Positions 1 through 12,514 are shown, counted from the first letter of the stretch. The stretch: DNA of 50,111 nucleotides from Octopus bimaculoides (GCF_001194135.2 NC_068982.1:2388349-2438459); one strand, 5' to 3'. The notes: generated by a model from the letters alone, not told the origin. Translations and numbers: made by a program.

Positions 1-107
1 TTGATTTGCTTCAAATATGTTTTGCTATCGCCTTCAGGGGTTTTACTCGAAAAAAAAAAAAAAGCGACGCTGGTCTGATACATATTCCACACGTCTCTCT
101 TTTGCAG

Positions 108-200
108 AATCTTCAATTTACGGGGACGTAGGAAAAGAAAAACAAGAAAGCAAAACCAGAATCGGTTGTGAAGCAGCGGCAATACAGTTCAGAGAATCGG
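108..200 (+). other. Candidate 93-nt symmetric (phase 1-1) exon, unassigned
   Basis: Acceptor tctctcttttgcag| and donor TCGG|gtaaat. One open frame gives ESSIYGDVGKEKQESKTRIGCEAAAIQFRES. No homology recognised. Confidence 0.2.
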
Positions 201-499
201 GTAAATAGAAGGCGGGGAAAAAAGCGACTTACATCTAGAATGAGTCAAATATTGCACCTCTCAAATTGTGTCTGAGTGCAAACAATACCGAATACAATTA
301 AATCGAGCCAAGAGACTACTAATGACAGACACAGCATAATTATAAACTAAATAATAAATTTTAGAATGTGAGAGCGTTTTGTAAGTGCGGCTTCTCTAAG
401 CTATCTTCACACTCTTCCTGCGTTCGCGAATTGTATTTTCTGTAGATTACCAACTCATACGGTGATGATAAGTTTGTTTACATTATATAACTTAGATGT

Positions 500-965
500 G
501 CTTCGAGCAAAGACTAGCCCAGGCCATGTCTAACTTAATAGCACCTCTTGACAGGATTTGCTAAATCCTTTTTAAGTCAAGTTGTGTGGCATCATGGCCC
601 ATTCATGTAGGGAATTGTTGTTGAGTGAGTTGTGTCCAGATGTAGGCGGCTTATCTGGTATCCCATGAAGAAATTTGTCCAAATTCCGTTTAAAGGTGTG
701 GGATTTTTTTCCTCTTTGATTTGGTTGAGGAAAATGTAAAATAGGGCAGGGCTTCTTAAGAGAAAGAAATTGTATTGCAGTGTATTTATGTGTTTTGACC
801 CTGAATTGTGTAGGGGGCGTATGGCACGTGGTCCTAGCGTTGGGTGAATTCTGAAACTAATGTTAAGAGATTGTTTGAGCAATGCTGGTGGTATATTCTC
901 TACATTGTGAATGATGTATCGCTCACGGCTGCGCAGGAGAGAATAGAGTTTCAACGCTTTAAGGC
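500..965 (-). mobile_element. CR1/L2-group LINE, decayed 3' end of ORF2
   Basis: ORF 592..1107 contains LKALKLYSLLRSRERYII...RSPALF, matching the CR1/Crack C-terminal motif LxxLxLYSLxRRRERY...GPxLFN. A frameshifted LDKFLHGIPDKP follows. Confidence 0.75.
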
Positions 966-966
966 A

Positions 967-1074
<108 letters not shown>

Positions 1075-1322
1075 GGGAAGCGGGCTGCCCGTTAGGCTGT
1101 TACACACATGATCACTACGGCGTTGGTTCGATTTTCAGAGTCGGCGGTGTGTTGTGTTCTTGAGCAACACACTTCATTTCACGTTGTTAAAGTACCCTTT
1201 TGGTATGAGGGTGGGATTGTTGACCTACTTGTCTAACCAGCAGGGTAGCGGCATTTGAAGGCTAAAACAATGCAAAAGAGCATTGTGAACAGCGATGTGT
1301 AACAACATCCGATAGCCTCGTC
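1075..1322 (+). mobile_element. tRNA-derived SINE (family C), followed by (GA)n at 1323-1349
   Basis: B-box-like GGTTCGATT followed by ggcggtgtgttgtgttcttgagcaacacacttcatttcacgttg. Tail ggcatttgaaggctaaaacaatgc...gcgatgtgtaacaacatc is a repeat I recall from Octopus. Confidence 0.6.
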
Positions 1323-1323
1323 G

Positions 1324-1356
<33 letters not shown>

Positions 1357-2265
1357 AGAAGACACTCTTTGAATTTCTACCAAATCCACCAATAAGGAAA
1401 TAATGTGAATTGGAAGATATAAGCTTTCAATACACCTGCGTCCGCGCAAAGACTTCACAAACTACTCTCCAGTTTTATATGTAAGCAAATTCCAGCAGCC
1501 AAAATTATTTAGAATTCTTTGGTTTATAATAAATTTTCTTTTGAACAATAGAGAAATTACTGTGGACACTGTTTAGAAAATATGAACATTTAAAGTTGAT
1601 TGGCAGGGCAATACAACAATAAAATAACGAGATTCATTTGGAGCGAGTCACAGAAACAAAATATAAGCATTAAAAGTGAGTAGAAATAGATTTAAGAACT
1701 GGATAATATAAATCACCTATAATCATGGAGGCATCGAAAATATAGATAATGAAAAAAGACGTTTCAGAAATTCGAATGCAAAAAAATGCTGTAAGCCATA
1801 AAAAGTGTGATTTAAATTAAATATTTACGAAGGGGTGAATGAGTGTCACAAAAAACACTACAAAAAAATCCCAAACAAAAGTAATAAATGAATGATGTTC
1901 ATAAAAGGGCGGGGGAGCTGCAGTCATGGAAGATAATAGAGGAGAAAGTTAGAAGCAAGAAGAAAGTGAAGAGGAGGAAGATAGAGAGAAGGAAGGAAAA
2001 GATCAGGATTACAAGGAAAAATAAGAGGAGATAACTAATGCTGCTAGTTATGATCCAGCATGTATTTAATAAGTATTGCTCTAAGTGCAGGGTGTATCGA
2101 TTAGAATACGTAGAAGAGATAAAGAAATTAAACTGATATAAGGCGAAATGTACGGAAAAGGTAAAGAGCAAATCATGAACAATCAGACACCGAAAAAAGC
2201 TAGAGGAAATAAAACAGATGAAATTGAAATATATATATATATAGGCAATGTTAATTCTCTAAATG

Positions 2266-2589
2266 TAGTATTAACAGTAACTGCACGATAAAGTGTAGTA
2301 TATTGCCACTTAAGTGTGGCTGACCCCTAGGGGTGGATGTTACTGTTGCTTTTAGCCCCAGGAGGACATCTCCTCCAGCTAGCTTATCGACACACGACTG
2401 TGTCCTGTTTGCCAAGGGAAGTTATCCCTCTCACCATGATCTGTAGCACGAACGGATCCGGATTTCAGGGTTATTTCCCTTCGTCGGCGTTCGACAGCCA
2501 CTGACCTTGGTGAGAGAAACAAAAACCTGGCAATCTTATATCTACTTTTCCAGTGAAATTCTTCACTGATATCGAAAAGGTGAAAACAA
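2266..2589. repeat. Unclassified interspersed repeat between two 21-bp direct repeats
   Basis: GC-richer block (ttactgttgcttttagccccaggaggacatctcctccagct) flanked by gcaatgttaattctctaaatg at 2245-2265 and 2590-2610. Confidence 0.4.
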
Positions 2590-4169
2590 GCAATGTTAAT
2601 TCTCTAAATGNNNNNNNNNNNNNNNNNNNNNNNNNNNNNNNNNNNNNNNNNNNNNNNNNNNNNNNNNNNNNNNNNNNNNNNNNNNNNNNNNNNNNNNNNN
2701 NNNNNNNNNNNNNNNNNNNNNNNNNNNNNNNNNNNNNNNNNNNNNNNNNNNNNNNNNNNNNNNNNNNNNNNNNNNNNNNNNNNNNNNNNNNNNNNNNNNN
2801 NNNNNNNNNNNNNNNNNNNNNNNNNNNNNNNNNNNNNNNNNNNNNNNNNNNNNNNNNNNNNNNNNNNNNNNNNNNNNNNNNNNNNNNNNNNNNNNNNNNN
2901 NNNNNNNNNNNNNNNNNNNNNNNNNNNNNNNNNNNNNNNNNNNNNNNNNNNNNNNNNNNNNNNNNNNNNNNNNNNNNNNNNNNNNNNNNNNNNNNNNNNN
3001 NNNNNNNNNNNNNNNNNNNNNNNNNNNNNNNNNNNNNNNNNNNNNNNNNNNNNNNNNNNNNNNNNNNNNNNNNNNNNNNNNNNNNNNNNNNNNNNNNNNN
3101 NNNNNNNNNNNNNNNNNNNNNNNNNNNNNNNNNNNNNNNNNNNNNNNNNNNNNNNNNNNNNNNNNNNNNNNNNNNNNNNNNNNNNNNNNNNNNNNNNNNN
3201 NNNNNNNNNNNNNNNNNNNNNNNNNNNNNNNNNNNNNNNNNNNNNNNNNNNNNNNNNNNNNNNNNNNNNNNNNNNNNNNNNNNNNNNNNNNNNNNNNNNN
3301 NNNNNNNNNNNNNNNNNNNNNNNNNNNNATATATATAGATAGATATGTGTGTGTGCTCGCGTGAAAAGGGAGAGGTAAAAAAAAGCATGAAGATAGTCAC
3401 TCAATTTAGTATAAGAGAAGAATTATTTGAAAATAAATATAAAGATAAAATTAAATAGAGTAACACACATAATAAACAATGCAATAATCAAGCGTGTAAT
3501 ATATATCTTTGTTGATAAAAGTTTGTATTAAAAGGCGAGATAAATTATAGCACGTATATATAACAGTTGATGAAATGCGAGGGTCGGAAGAAAAGAACTC
3601 AGGAGTAAAAATATAGTGTAACAAAATACGAAAAGGTAACCAAGAAATTCGAAGTTCTGCAGAAAACAGTAAACTAAATAAAAGGTTGAGATATTGCGGT
3701 GCCTATTCTAATGGTAATCTTTTGGCCCAAAGTTTTCGAAATCGGAAACTACAAGGAATGTCTACAATAATTCAAAACTTTCGATTTACGTTTCAGTAGA
3801 AATTTATCTTGAAACAGAATAGACTATTTTTACGTAAACACAACGGGCGTTTCATACAATACCTGCAGGATTCTTTCCTAAAAGGGTTTCAATTGTACTT
3901 TGAAAGGAGCACAATCAGTTTCTTTTAATTGCAAAACTACGGCCGTTTCCACCCCCTCCCCTTTCCCTTCTCCAATGTATTAGAAGTCGGGTACATTTTA
4001 ATGGACTTTTCTAAAAATTACTTTCGGATTGTTGTAGATTACTATTATATCAGAATTCAATGTGAAAAAGAAAAAGGCTAAAATGCTGGGATTTGCACTT
4101 ACATAGCATGGACTGCTGAGCACATTTTATGAAAATGAGACTACCATGCACACATAAAAAACAAAAGCG

Positions 4170-4171
4170 TC

Positions 4172-4215
<44 letters not shown>

Positions 4216-4480
4216 TTGGTGTGCTTCTGTGTAAGTGAGGCAGAGAGAAAAAGATTTTTTTATCTGTTCTTGTTCCCCCCAACGCTTGATAACCGGTGTT
4301 CCTGTGTTTAAGTCCCCGTAAACAAGCGGTTCAGCGAAAAGAAAAATCGGATATAATAAGTATCAATCTTTAAAAGAAAAAAACCATTTGTACAGGAATC
4401 GATTCGTTCAACAAAAAGTTATTCAATACAGTACTCTAGCAGGGCCGCAGTGTAATGACTGAAACAAGTAATTGATTAAA
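4170..4480 (+). mobile_element. SINE family B, internal (TA)n(TG)n plus 3' half
   Basis: aacgcttgataaccggtg...tccccgtaaacaagcggttc...ggccgcagtgtaatgactgaaacaagt aligns by eye to the 3' half of the full copy at 11821-12222. Confidence 0.8.
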
Positions 4481-5107
4481 GATGAAAGAATCGTGATCTA
4501 CATCTTCTGGAAATTATTTTTATCGTTCACTTGTTTCAATCATTAGACTGTGGCAAGGAAGAAATACATTTGAGGTGTGTGCATTGCCTGAAACGTCTCT
4601 ACTACAAGGTTTCTCCCCACAAATCCCAACATATTCGGAATCTACACCATCTGAAAACTATTTATAGAAACTTTCATCAATAAACATCCATTTTGCAGAA
4701 TATTACGAGAAAACAAAATCGTTGGTGCACTTTTCTATAGTTATGTTCCAATTTACTGCGCGAGTGAGAATTAATTAACGAATAAAACATTCTATGGAAA
4801 ATTGGACATAACATATTAGAAAACTTACGCAAATTGGTAATCAAATGTGTAATATTAATAGAAGTATATCTATTTATGAAACAACTTTTCTCTCATTTTG
4901 TTAAACAGTCTCCAAATAGTTCCATTGCAGGACGCTCAGAACCATGGTTCTTTCCTAATTTCTGTTGTATAATAAAGGTTTGACCAAACATGTAGCGTTA
5001 TAAATTGTAGAACTGCATTTATTGTTTTGGTATGCATTCACAATTATCGAAGACGATTTTAAAATATATATTAGTACGAGTTATCATTATACATTCATTA
5101 TTTATTA

Positions 5108-5178
5108 TACTATTACAGATTTTTATACTATTACAGATTTTTATACTATTACAGATTTTTATACTATTACAGATTTTT
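5108..5178. repeat. 18-bp minisatellite (TACTATTACAGATTTTTA) x ~4
   Basis: Near-perfect tandem units. Explains the ILLQIF repeats in ORF 5032..5229. Confidence 0.95.
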
Positions 5179-5410
5179 GCTACACAATATGTTCTTCATA
5201 GATTATACCTAGAAAGATTGTCCTATTGATACGCAATGGTCCTTCAATATTTGATTATAGTTTCATTATGGCTCCTGGCTTTCTTTAATTGAAATATGGC
5301 GTGGTAATATTCACATTTAATGAGGTTTTCTTGCCATTACCTTAAAACTGGTGTGAGAATTTCCATTAATTTACATAACAAATGTTTTTTTTTCTCGCTA
5401 GTACATTCGA

Positions 5411-5418
<8 letters not shown>

Positions 5419-5488
<70 letters not shown>
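5419..5488. repeat. (TA)n(GA)n microsatellite
   Basis: Seen directly. Confidence 0.98.
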
Positions 5489-5489
<1 letters not shown>

Positions 5490-6371
5490 ATATATGTGTG
5501 CGCGTGTATAAATACATGTGTGCATAGTGGAGGGCGCATGTCATTGTTTCACTTATAGATACATGATGTTTAGTTACATCAGACTTTTGCAAAACGAAAT
5601 CAACAAACGTGATTATTTTCAAAACTTTATATTGCGTATTTCTATTTTCCAGCATACTCTGTGTTCTGAGACAATATTTGTACATGTTTATCACGTAGCG
5701 CACTAGTCATAATTTCAATTCTTTTGTGTGACATAACATTCGTCTTTTAAGAAATAATTTAATTGTGTTATTTGTTTACTTTTTTTCAGGTTGTCAAAGA
5801 TGCGTACAGCATACGTGAAAATGTATAAGTTCTAGTGTTTGGTGAATCCCACATTGGCATCACTTTTATGAAACATCTAAAATACATGTTTATGTATTTC
5901 AAAAATATATAGGAAGATTCATGCTTAGTTTAATCATCTCAAGAAAGAAATAAAATCTAAAATTTCAGTCGATGGTGACATATTTCTCTTATAATAACTT
6001 TGGCGACTTAACAATTCTTTCGTTGATACAAGAAAACGACACAAAAAACATTCTGTTTGATTTATTCACTTGGAAAGGGAATTCTGTAAGATGAATATAT
6101 ATTAGTGAAAAAATAAACATTTTAAAACTCTATAGTCTTTAGATATTTAGTTTCGGTTTTCTTTTCTTTGCGTCTCATTCGGTATACTTTGTTGTTCTAG
6201 CGACAAAGTTTTGTCTATTTTACTTATATAAAATACATAAGACTAATTTGAATAACCCACGTTTGCTTTGTATATGTTTTAAGTATTTTGATAATATGTA
6301 AGGCATTTCCTTACTGGAGAGGGAAATTGGAAGGTTGGACGAGCATGTCTTACCCAAGTCATTAACGTTGA

Positions 6372-6545
6372 TTTCAAATTTCGACACAAGCAAGGAGTGG
6401 TTAAGTAGATTACAAAGACCCAGTACTCAACCGGAACTTATTTTATCGACCTTGAACGGATAAAAGGCAAGGTCGACGTCGGCGATATTTGAACTCAGAA
6501 CGCAAGGACGGGCGAAATATCGCTAAGCAATTTTGCCTGGCATTT
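6372..6545 (-). mobile_element. SINE family A monomer (diverged)
   Basis: ttttatcgaccttgaacggataaaaggcaaggtcgac...atttgaactcagaacg...gaaatatcgctaagca is homologous to the copies at 11023, 27081 and 43561. Confidence 0.85.
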
Positions 6546-6789
6546 CATGGCACATCTAGATTTGTGATCTTCTCCACATTAAAACGTTTGTGTTTATATT
6601 GTGTTTAAGTTATTTTAAGGCCTCCAAGTAATACAGTGAAGATTAAAAAACTACACAGAAAAAATGCCTGGGATAAGAAATTATTGGTGGGCAANNNNNN
6701 NNNNTTTTTTTTGCAGATTCGGAATCTCCGCCCTCGATACAGTGTGTTCCTGTAAAAGGAAAAAAAAAATTCCAAAGGGTTCGGTCCAT

Positions 6790-8800
6790 GATCTTTACCT
6801 CCTCCCAGGCATTCAGCATCTGCTTTTGGGTGGTGCATGTTCTTAGAAGTTAGTATTTTTCTTGTCTTCCTGTCCAGGTGTTGAAGCTCTGTAAGAGTCT
6901 ATTTAATGATGTTAAAACTATATCGGACAACTGGAAGTACCAAGCTTCGATGCTATTTTTAGAGGCGAGTTCAGTTTATAGTATGAGTCTTATTCTCCTG
7001 TAATATTCTTTTCCTCTTTTTTCCTTCATAGTAGTATGCTGTATACCATCTCCTTCGTTTATCCCCAGGTATTTGTAATTTTCTTGCGAGTCAAGCTTCT
7101 TGATGGTAGTGTCGGTATCTAATTTAATGGATGTTGTTTGCCAGAGCTTTCCTCTTTCAAAAGCTGCTTTAGCACACTTATCAAGGCCAAAGTCCATCCC
7201 GATGTCATTGCTAAATTCTTTAACAGTTGTTAGCAGTCCTACTAGCTCTTCGGCATTTCTAGCAAGCAGCTTCGGATCGTCCATATAAAACAGATGGTTT
7301 ATTGTCATATTGTAAACTTTGAGCCCATACCTGGTGTTATTTAGTTCGTTTAGGATTGGGATCAGTGCCTTGCAAAAGAGTAATGAGGAGAGGGAGTCAA
7401 CTTGAAAGTTGTCTCATTTGATGTTAATTTGGCTCATCCCATTACTGTAGTTTAGAAGGTGACGTGTGCTTTACTTGGTCATGCTGGCGATGCCAGGAGA
7501 GGGAGAGAGAGACAGAGAGAGATCTTATATATTTCAAGGGCCTTGGGTATCCAGTTATGTGGGACACTATGATATGCTTTCCTCCGGTCTATGCATGCCA
7601 TACTCAGGTTTTTCTTTTTGCTCCGGCAATTATCTACAGTCATTTTACTTATGAATAATTGATCTTTGCACCCATAAGAATTCCTTTTACATCCTTTTTG
7701 AGCTTGTGGAAGGATAAATATCTGTTTAAGGAAAGCCTATATTCTGTCAGTTAATATGAATGTGAGAATCTTGTAGTTCTTTGGATTGTTTGTTTCTTCA
7801 GTTTTTGGTAGAATGTGTGTTGCCCCTTCAGTCATCCAGGCCGGTATTTGCTCTGGATTCTGGATGAAATCCGTCAGAGATACAGCTAAATTTTGGTGTA
7901 CTTCTGTCAGATAATTTAGCCAGAAGTTAGTAATGGAGTTTTCCATTTGTGAGACTTCCTAAGAACAAATCGTAGCTCTTCTATTCCTATAGCCTGCCAT
8001 TTCTGCTCTTCAATTTCATCCAGTCTCACTTTTTCACGCTGTATCCAGTCAATTTCAGTATGATATTCTTTTTGTTGCTCCATATCTTCTTGCAGAACTC
8101 TTCCCTTTCTTGACTCTTAGGTAGTTCCTTCACTTCTATCTTGCTTTTGCCAATTTCCCTGTAAAATTCTTTTGCATCCGTCTTGCTTTGTTGATAAAAT
8201 TATATTCTAATTTCATACCTTCTAAACCGTAGGGCTTTCAATTGTATTCGTTATTTCAATTGTTCCTTAGTTGCAGGGAGGTATATAGAATCTTTCATTT
8301 TATATTTTTTGCTTGATTTTTTCCAACTCGTGTCGTCTTAACATCTACTTCTCTAGCAAGTTCATCGAGAAATGATATATTCGCCCACAGAGATTCAATC
8401 TATTTTTGTATTGCTACTTTCCACTTAGGTGATCTGTGTCGTCCTCATATCTATTTGCGCAGTTACACCTTTAACAGTGTAATAGATGAGATTATTTAAG
8501 GGTGTTAGGTCATTTGCCTTATTACTTAAGATCTGACTAATATCAACATTATATATCATGATTATGTTGGTTTTTTTGTTATGCTGTTTGAGAACTTTGC
8601 CAGTGGTTCTCTATAGATGATAACAGTAGACTCAGCCTTGCTGAGTCCTCTGATAATATCTTCTTTTGCTTCTATGATCTTCTCTTTATTATTCACTCCA
8701 AATTGTGTGTCATACTTATTCTGATGTTTTTGAAGCAGTTCTAGTTTGCCCTCTTTTTCAGTATATATGTTTTTCGCTATTCTTTTTCAGCTTCCTCCTT
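6790..8800 (-). mobile_element. R4/Dong-like (RLE-type) LINE, decayed RT ORF with internal deletions
   Basis: Minus-strand translations: INHLFYMDDPKLLA (RT YMDD), GMDFGLDKCAK, YKYLGINEGDGI, QKGCKRNSYGCKDQL, KAYHSVPHNWI, ITNFWLNYL...EGATHILPKTEETNNPKNY, DRKTRKILTSKNMHHPKAD. Multiple stops and frameshifts. Confidence 0.92.
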
Positions 8801-8819
8801 GAGATATTTCGTCTATTTG

Positions 8820-9070
8820 TCATCTAGTTAGGAACGTGCCTCGGCTGCAGGCATTCATCCAGTTGTATAGCGATCCTTTCATGCAAGTTAGTAAAGTCCT
8901 TTAGCCAATAGTATTGTACTCCCTTCGGGTAAGGTCCTTTCCACTTTGCTATTCTTTTTAACTTCAATCTCACTGAATGTAGAACAATTTGTCTTGGCAC
9001 AGTTGCAAGTTCTCTTTTTACGATCCCTGGCCATTTTAAGGATATTGATATGTTTCCATTTGTTGTGCAG
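8820..9070 (-). mobile_element. Second R4-like LINE fragment (RT N-terminal region, different subfamily)
   Basis: KRIAKWKGPYPKGVQYYWLKDFTNLHERIAIQLDECL matches the (N)WKxPGPDGVQGYWLKxxxxLHERIA motif. This region is already present once in the neighbouring element. Confidence 0.75.
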
Positions 9071-9494
9071 GTCTGATATATTTAAAATTAAATATTATTA
9101 TAAACTGCGATAACTAAAATTAGTTATAATTGTAATAGTAATGGGGAATCAGTTTGTGGCAGCCGCACATATTTGCGTGGGAACCCAAAAATTAGGTGAA
9201 GGTAGAACGTCCCGTAGTTTTGTTGGTCTGTTGGGTTAAGTATTTTCCGAGAATCTCCAGAGAGATCAATACATATTCTGATGCTATAACCAAAAAAGTG
9301 GAGGTGAGAAAATCGACTCAGAAGTACCATCTTGTTCATTAAAATTTATACTGGTTTTCTCTAATCTGTTATCTTCTTCATGCTTCACATATTCGACCTC
9401 CTGTATGTATAAAGTTCTGAAGCCTCCACATATAATTCCTGACTGAATTACCCACTACTCATGTGTGAACTAGAACGCATTATAGCCTTTATTC

Positions 9495-9751
9495 AAATCA
9501 AATATCATTGCGTTTGTGTTTTGGGTGTTTTCCATCATCTCAATGAATTAGCATTTACATTAGCAACGCACACATCCGTCTTTGGTCAAGAATTTGTTAG
9601 CATTAAAGATATAATTAGAATTGTGAAGTATTACAATATCAGAATGTAAATATTAAACTGAAACATCTTGAAAAAGCCAGAAGACATAAAACATCATATT
9701 GTTTTAAGAAACAATATTTGTAATTTGATCGTTTGCAACTAAGAAATGCAT
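9495..9751 (+). repeat. Unclassified ~250-bp repeat, copy 1
   Basis: aatgaattagcatttacattagcaac...agaagacataaaacatc...acaatatttg...aaatgcat recurs at 13490-13748. Confidence 0.85.
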
Positions 9752-11022
9752 CACTGTTATGAAACGATGAGTTTAGCCAATAAAATACCTGTAATCCTTT
9801 CCCATAATTTTCAAACTGCACGACATCCAAAGTTGGGACCTTTTCTTCTGGCTTCACGGAAACCTCAACATTGTACAAGCTTTCATTGTTTATTTTTTCC
9901 CTTTCATCTCTCTCTTCCCCTCTCTCTCTCTAACTCTCCCTCTATTGTCCGTTCTCATTTAAGCCTGCAGCATTGAAAGAAGTATGATATGGATGACGAT
10001 AAATATGAGAAGAAACACTGGAATAAAAAGGAAGTGTAAAAGACGGGGAGGGACCAGAAGAAAATAACAATTATCTCTAAAATCATGTTTATGATTCTGA
10101 GATTAATCCTGCTACTGCAGATATTTCTACTTGGTTAATAATTCTTGTAATCTACCCATTTTACCGTGTATGGAAATCATGTTTCGTTATTAATGTTTGC
10201 ACTGATCGCTCGAATTCGACGCATACATAAGCTGTACTACCACAGTCTTGTTATGTATACATTGACTGTGCCAAAACAAACATTCCAGAATCATTTGGCT
10301 ACCGTGTGACACTAACGTTACGACTTCACCAACCGGATGTACACTTGTAAAGACAGGGAGTAAACTAGATAGCCAAGTTGACAGGTTGGATTTTTAGGTG
10401 AGGCGATATACTGTCTTACGGAGTTAAACTAATCTGTCATTTAGCTGTAAAATATATTTCCTTATCTTTTTCCTTCAATACACTTTATCCACTACAGCAT
10501 TTTTTACAGCTCTGCAACTGCTGATAATGAAGCTAGGAATATAGCATGTTGTGGAGCAACAGAAATATTGTACCACGTTTTAGATACACTTAGTATGAAA
10601 CCAATATTTACTGATTCTATCCACTCTAGAGTGATTTATAAAAATAATAAATGTAGCAACGAAAAATAAAATTACTAAAAACATAATAATCTGCATTTAT
10701 ACCATGGATATATTTATAATGAAGCATACCAACTTACACAGGCATATATGTACATACTTGCTTATGTATGTATGTACGCATTCAACTATGTGTCTATGTA
10801 CGTATATATGAGAGCGAAATACACATTTTTAGTAAATATAGAACTTTACTCTCGCCATAGACTATAAACGAATTAGCTGTGCCAATACTATAGCTTCCCC
10901 CCCCAAAAAAAAGCTAGAGAAATCAAAGTGAAAAGTTAGTAGCCGTATTGGGTCATTAAAAGAGAAACCATATCCACTGATAAAATAATATATTTATATT
11001 ACAGATTGTCTAGACGACAGAG

Positions 11023-11223
11023 AGGTGGCTGACTCGTTAGCAGGCTGGTGCAAGATACTTAGCGGCATTTCGTCTTTCTTTACGTTCTGAGTTCAAATTC
11101 CGCGGAGGTCGAGTTTGTCTTTCATCTTTTCGTGGTCGATAAGTTAAGTGCTCGTTAAACGTTGGGGTCGATGTAATCTTCTCCTCCGAAGTTACCGACC
11201 TCATGCCAAAGTTTGAAACCAAT
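11023..11223 (+). mobile_element. SINE family A monomer
   Basis: tRNA-like head with B box GAGTTCAAATTCC. Tail ggggtcgatgtaatc...gtttgaaaccaat. Confidence 0.9.
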
Positions 11224-11226
11224 ATC

Positions 11227-11640
11227 CTTTTCTAGTCTATGCACAAGGCCCGATATTTTGGTAGAAGCTGCCAGTCGATTAGATCAACCCCATTACACAT
11301 CTGGTACTTAATTTATCGATCCCGAAAGAATTAAAGGCAAAGTTGACCTCGGCGGAAATTGAACTCAGAACGTAGAGGCAGGCGAAATATCGTTAAGCAT
11401 TTCGCCCGACGAACTAATGTTTCTTATTTCTCACAAGGGGCTAAAGATAGAGGGGACAGACAAAGAGATTAAGTTGATTACATCGACCCAAGTACGCAAA
11501 TGGTACTTAATTTATCGACTCCGAAAGGATGAAAGGCAAAGCCGACCTCGGCAGAATTTGATGTCAGAACGTAACAGCAGACGAAACACCGCTAAGCATT
11601 TCGCCCGGCGTGTAAACGTTTCTGCCAGCTCGACGCCTTA
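11227..11640 (-). mobile_element. SINE family A dimer (two tandem monomers)
   Basis: The block ggtacttaatttatcga...gaaaggcaaag...gaactcagaacg...taagcatttcgccc occurs twice. Same architecture as 43561-43992. Confidence 0.92.
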
Positions 11641-11820
11641 GTTTGAAACTAGTATTATAGAATATCTTGGTTTCAGTTCAACCGACTAATGTAAATGTAT
11701 ACATGAGCAGCGAGAGATCGTCTCTGCGCTACAGTAAATTGCATGTATTATGAAAGGAAATATATTAATTTATTTCAAAAATATAGAATTTAGACTCGTT
11801 TAAAGAAAAAGTATATTAAT

Positions 11821-11980
11821 ATAGGCGCAAGAGCGGGTGCGTGGTAAGAAGCTTGCTTACCAACCACATGGGTTCAGTCCCACTCTGTGGCACCTTGGGC
11901 AAGTACCTGTTGTTATAGCCTCGGACCGATCAAAGCCCTGTGAGTGTATTTGGTAGACGAAAACTGCAAGAAGCCCCTCG

Positions 11981-12013
<33 letters not shown>

Positions 12014-12222
12014 GTGTGTGTGTGTGTGTTTGTGTATTTGTCTCACCTACCATCGCTTGAAAACCGATGTTGGTGTGTTTACGTCCCCGTAACTTAGCGC
12101 TTTGGAAAAGATACCGATGGGATAAGTACTAGGCTTACAGACAATAAGTGCTGGGGTCGATTTGTTCGACTACACGCGGTGCTCCAGCATGGCCAGTCAA
12201 GTGACTGACATAAGTAAAAGAA
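11821..12222 (+). mobile_element. SINE family B, full length, with internal (TA)n(TG)n
   Basis: Head aggcgcaagagcgggtgcgtggtaagaagcttgc...gggttcagtccc (A and B boxes). Internal microsatellite 11981-12030. Tail gcggtgctccagcatggcc. Confidence 0.92.
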
Positions 12223-12514
12223 TAGTTTCGCCCCAGCGTTTAACTTTCTGCGAACGCATTGTGATTTGACCCTTTACTAAATATTCGTAAGACAAAGTGT
12301 ACACATCTCCAATTCTTGAAAAGTCTCGTTGCTCAAAGTTATACAGGAGTCTATTTGTATGTACGCGGACAGGAAATAAACAGATTATATGTGTGTTCAT
12401 TCGAAACACACGAATGAAAGTTCGAAAAGACTCTTTATTATTTTGATAGATCCGATATATTATTGGCTTCTAAACACCAAATCAATGATGTACTGATGTA
12501 TCTCAGGCGACATG

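Noticed and set aside
5770-5850. Strong acceptor tttactttttttcag at 5789
   Set aside because: All three frames stop within 50 nt and no strong donor follows. At most it is a UTR exon, which I cannot support.
9124-9460. Protein-looking minus-strand frames near 9124-9460, and similarly 29008-29247
   Set aside because: No recognisable domain, start context or splice structure.
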